Below, piece after piece: positions 33,920 through 35,672 of a stretch of 35,672 nucleotides of DNA; the first letter of the stretch is position 1, and each line of letters opens with the position of its first letter. The notes below the pieces were generated by a model. It saw only the letters and a program-made list of their open reading frames with translations. It did not search any database and had not been told where the DNA came from. This DNA comes from Hypanus sabinus. Lineage: Eukaryota. The position numbers and the translations under genes are program-made. Where the stretch lies: positions 61,380,001-61,415,672 of the forward strand of contig NC_082721.1 in NCBI RefSeq assembly GCF_030144855.1. The letters are read 5' to 3'.

Positions 33920-34054
33920 TGCTGGAAATCCCGTGTAACACACACAAAATACCGGAGATCCCGGCGAAAGGTCTCGGCCCAAAGAGTCCACTGTTACTCC
34001 TCTCCACAGACGCTGCCTGACCCGCTGAGTTACTCCAGCATTTCGTGCGTGTTA
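33920..34054. mobile_element. Penelope-like terminal repeats in inverted arrangement
   Basis: taacacacacaaaataccggag (33936-33957) and ctccagcatttcgtgcgtgtta (34033-34054) form a 22-bp imperfect inverted repeat around a decayed hammerhead-like segment. Confidence 0.68.
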
Positions 34055-34385
34055 GGATGAAAAATGTGATCCTTTTTCACTATATTAACAACGCTTCAAT
34101 TTGAATTTCTTTGAAATTCTGTTGCATTGATGCCCAAGCAAAGCAATCTTATCTCGGTGGTATAAATGAAACAGTTAAATTCATTTGGTGAGGTGTTATA
34201 TCTTTCCTGGCAGAGCAGTTATCTAATGTTTGTCTTTCACGCTTGTTTGCTAATTTCTACTTTCTGTTTAAATTTCCTCCCTTCTTGCTTTCTCTCGCTT
34301 TATTTTTCTTTTGCATCTAATCTGGCTCTAATTCACCACACCCTGTTAGTCGTCGTTTATTCCTCCCACCTCCCCCCACCCACCC

Positions 34386-34398
34386 CCGCTAGGTGGCA
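34386..34398 (+). promoter_or_regulatory. CTCF-like binding motif
   Basis: CCGCTAGGTGGCA fits the CTCF core CCRSYAGRKGGCR and lies in the CpG-rich region. Confidence 0.5.
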
Positions 34399-34702
34399 AG
34401 ACGAACTGGCCGGGTGCGCACAAATGTCCCAAGTGCTCCCGCTCTCCGTCACCGGGCCATCGGCTCCCGGCCACTGCAAGGTGGAATCAGAAAATATCCC
34501 GGGCTAAGGGAGTTCAACTCACGGGATGCTCCGCTCCCAAAAAAAATCTGGCCCATAATGTCACATCAGCTCTCTCCTTCAAAGAGCGAGGTGAATGCAC
34601 TTATAATCAAATACCTGGCTCATCAGAAGTCGATATTGACTTCTTTGACTCTATTCACTGACAAAAAGTAGTAGATCTTTAAGAAATTCAGATTTTCCTT
34701 AC

Positions 34703-34776
34703 CTCCTGCTGTGCTGCCGTATTAGTTACTGAAGGAGACTGCTCTAATTCCCAGTTCAGGACAGTAAACTTATATA
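34703..34776 (-). promoter_or_regulatory. candidate TATA promoter and short non-coding first exon
   Basis: Minus strand: TATATAAG at 34776-34769, pyrimidine-purine initiator (T/A) at 34746/34745 about 31 nt downstream, strong donor GAG|GTAAGG after 34703. Confidence 0.42.
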
Positions 34777-34950
34777 ACCAGACTCAAACTTCTGTTAATC
34801 TTAAAAGAGGTTTCCTTTTTAAAAGGCTAGTCGCCTCCCACTGCTTTCGATAGGGCAGACCAGACGGCCGTGTGGGCTGTGCTACGAGGCGGGTACTGTA
34901 ATCCCGTGTGTATACGTCGAGCATTAATGCCCCTAGCAACACATGCACAT

Positions 34951-35425
34951 AACACACACAATGCGAGAGGAACTCGGCAGGTCAAGCAGCATCTATGGAG
35001 GGGAATGAACAGCCAGCGTTTCAGGACCCGTCATCGGGATTGGAAAAGAAGGGGGCAGAACTCAGAATATGATAGGGAGAGTGGCAGGAGTACAAACTGT
35101 AAAGTGATAGGTGAGAATAACTGAGGGGAAGGTGGGTGGGCAGCTGGCTGGGGGAGTGAGGGATGAAGTAAGAAGCTGGGAGGTAATAGGTAAAAGACTG
35201 AAGAAGGAGGAATCTGATTGGAGTGGATAGTGGACCATAGGAGAAAGGGAAGGAGGAAAGCATCAGTGGGAGGTGATGGGCTGGTGAGGAGAGGAGAAGC
35301 AGGTAAAAGAGGAGCCAGAATGGGGACTGGATAAAGAGAGGTGGGAGGAGAGAGGAATTACCAGACACCATCAGATTGAAGGTTACAGAATATAAGGTGT
35401 TGTTCTTCCAACCTGAAAGTGGCTT
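34951..35425 (-). mobile_element. Penelope-like retroelement 3' part
   Basis: Reverse complement translates to EATFRLEEQHLIFCNLQSDG (PLE GIY-YIG C-terminal LEEQHLIFRLGSLQPDG), then a pyrimidine-rich UTR, a hammerhead-like motif and the terminal gatgctgcttgacctgccgagttcc. Confidence 0.82.
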
Positions 35426-35672
35426 CAGCAACTCCATTTCCCATTGATGTTTCAGACTGAGACCCCTCATCTTCTTCTACTGATTGCATTCTCCCTTTAT
35501 TCCTCTCTGCACTCCCCAGCACCCCATTCCCTGAGACCCAGCCCTATTGCTCCTGGTTCAACATTCATTCTCCAGTGACTTAACAAAGAGGCTGTTCCTC
35601 ACCTGTGACTCCAGGTTTCTGCCATTTGGGCTGCCAAATGCTGAAAGGTCCTTCAGGCAGTCCTGATCTTTG

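Larger units (their letters stand above)
32400..34980. promoter_or_regulatory. CpG-enriched promoter-like region
   Basis: Visibly higher CpG density than the rest of the window, including inside embedded repeats; GC box 32562-32569, AP-1 sites 32474-32480 and 32611-32617, forkhead-like GTAAATA 32502-32508. Confidence 0.6.

Noticed and set aside
1-35672. CRISPR array, tRNA/rRNA genes, operon-type systems
   Set aside because: No regularly spaced repeat-spacer array; tRNA-like segments are SINE heads without full cloverleaves; the sequence is vertebrate non-coding DNA

Overview
Vertebrate nuclear DNA, not prokaryotic. The repeat families recognised (CR1 LINE 3' ends with (TTTCTATG)n tails, Rex1/Babar-type LINEs with (GATTCT)n tails, V-domain tRNA-SINEs, Penelope-like terminal repeats, a Tc1-like family) point to a cartilaginous fish, probably a ray (inference from recalled consensus sequences). 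Roughly half or more of the window is nested, decayed transposable elements, and I found no host protein-coding exon I can identify. The longest recognisable ORF (7914-8507) is a CR1 reverse-transcriptase fragment. The right end (about 32.4-35.0 kb) is CpG-enriched and looks like a promoter region, with a CTCF-like motif and a minus-strand TATA/initiator/splice-donor arrangement, so most of the window may be intron of a minus-strand gene. The most unusual signals are: an unassigned ~250-bp sequence present twice in inverted orientation (13.0-13.27 kb and 15.0-15.25 kb) that keeps its base-pairing; a composite MITE bounded by two mini-MITEs; structured non-coding RTE-like elements; decayed hammerhead-ribozyme motifs in Penelope-like ends; and an old L1 fossil. 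I see no firm evidence for a new biological system. Repeat boundaries are by eye (about +/-20 bp) and family names are unverified.
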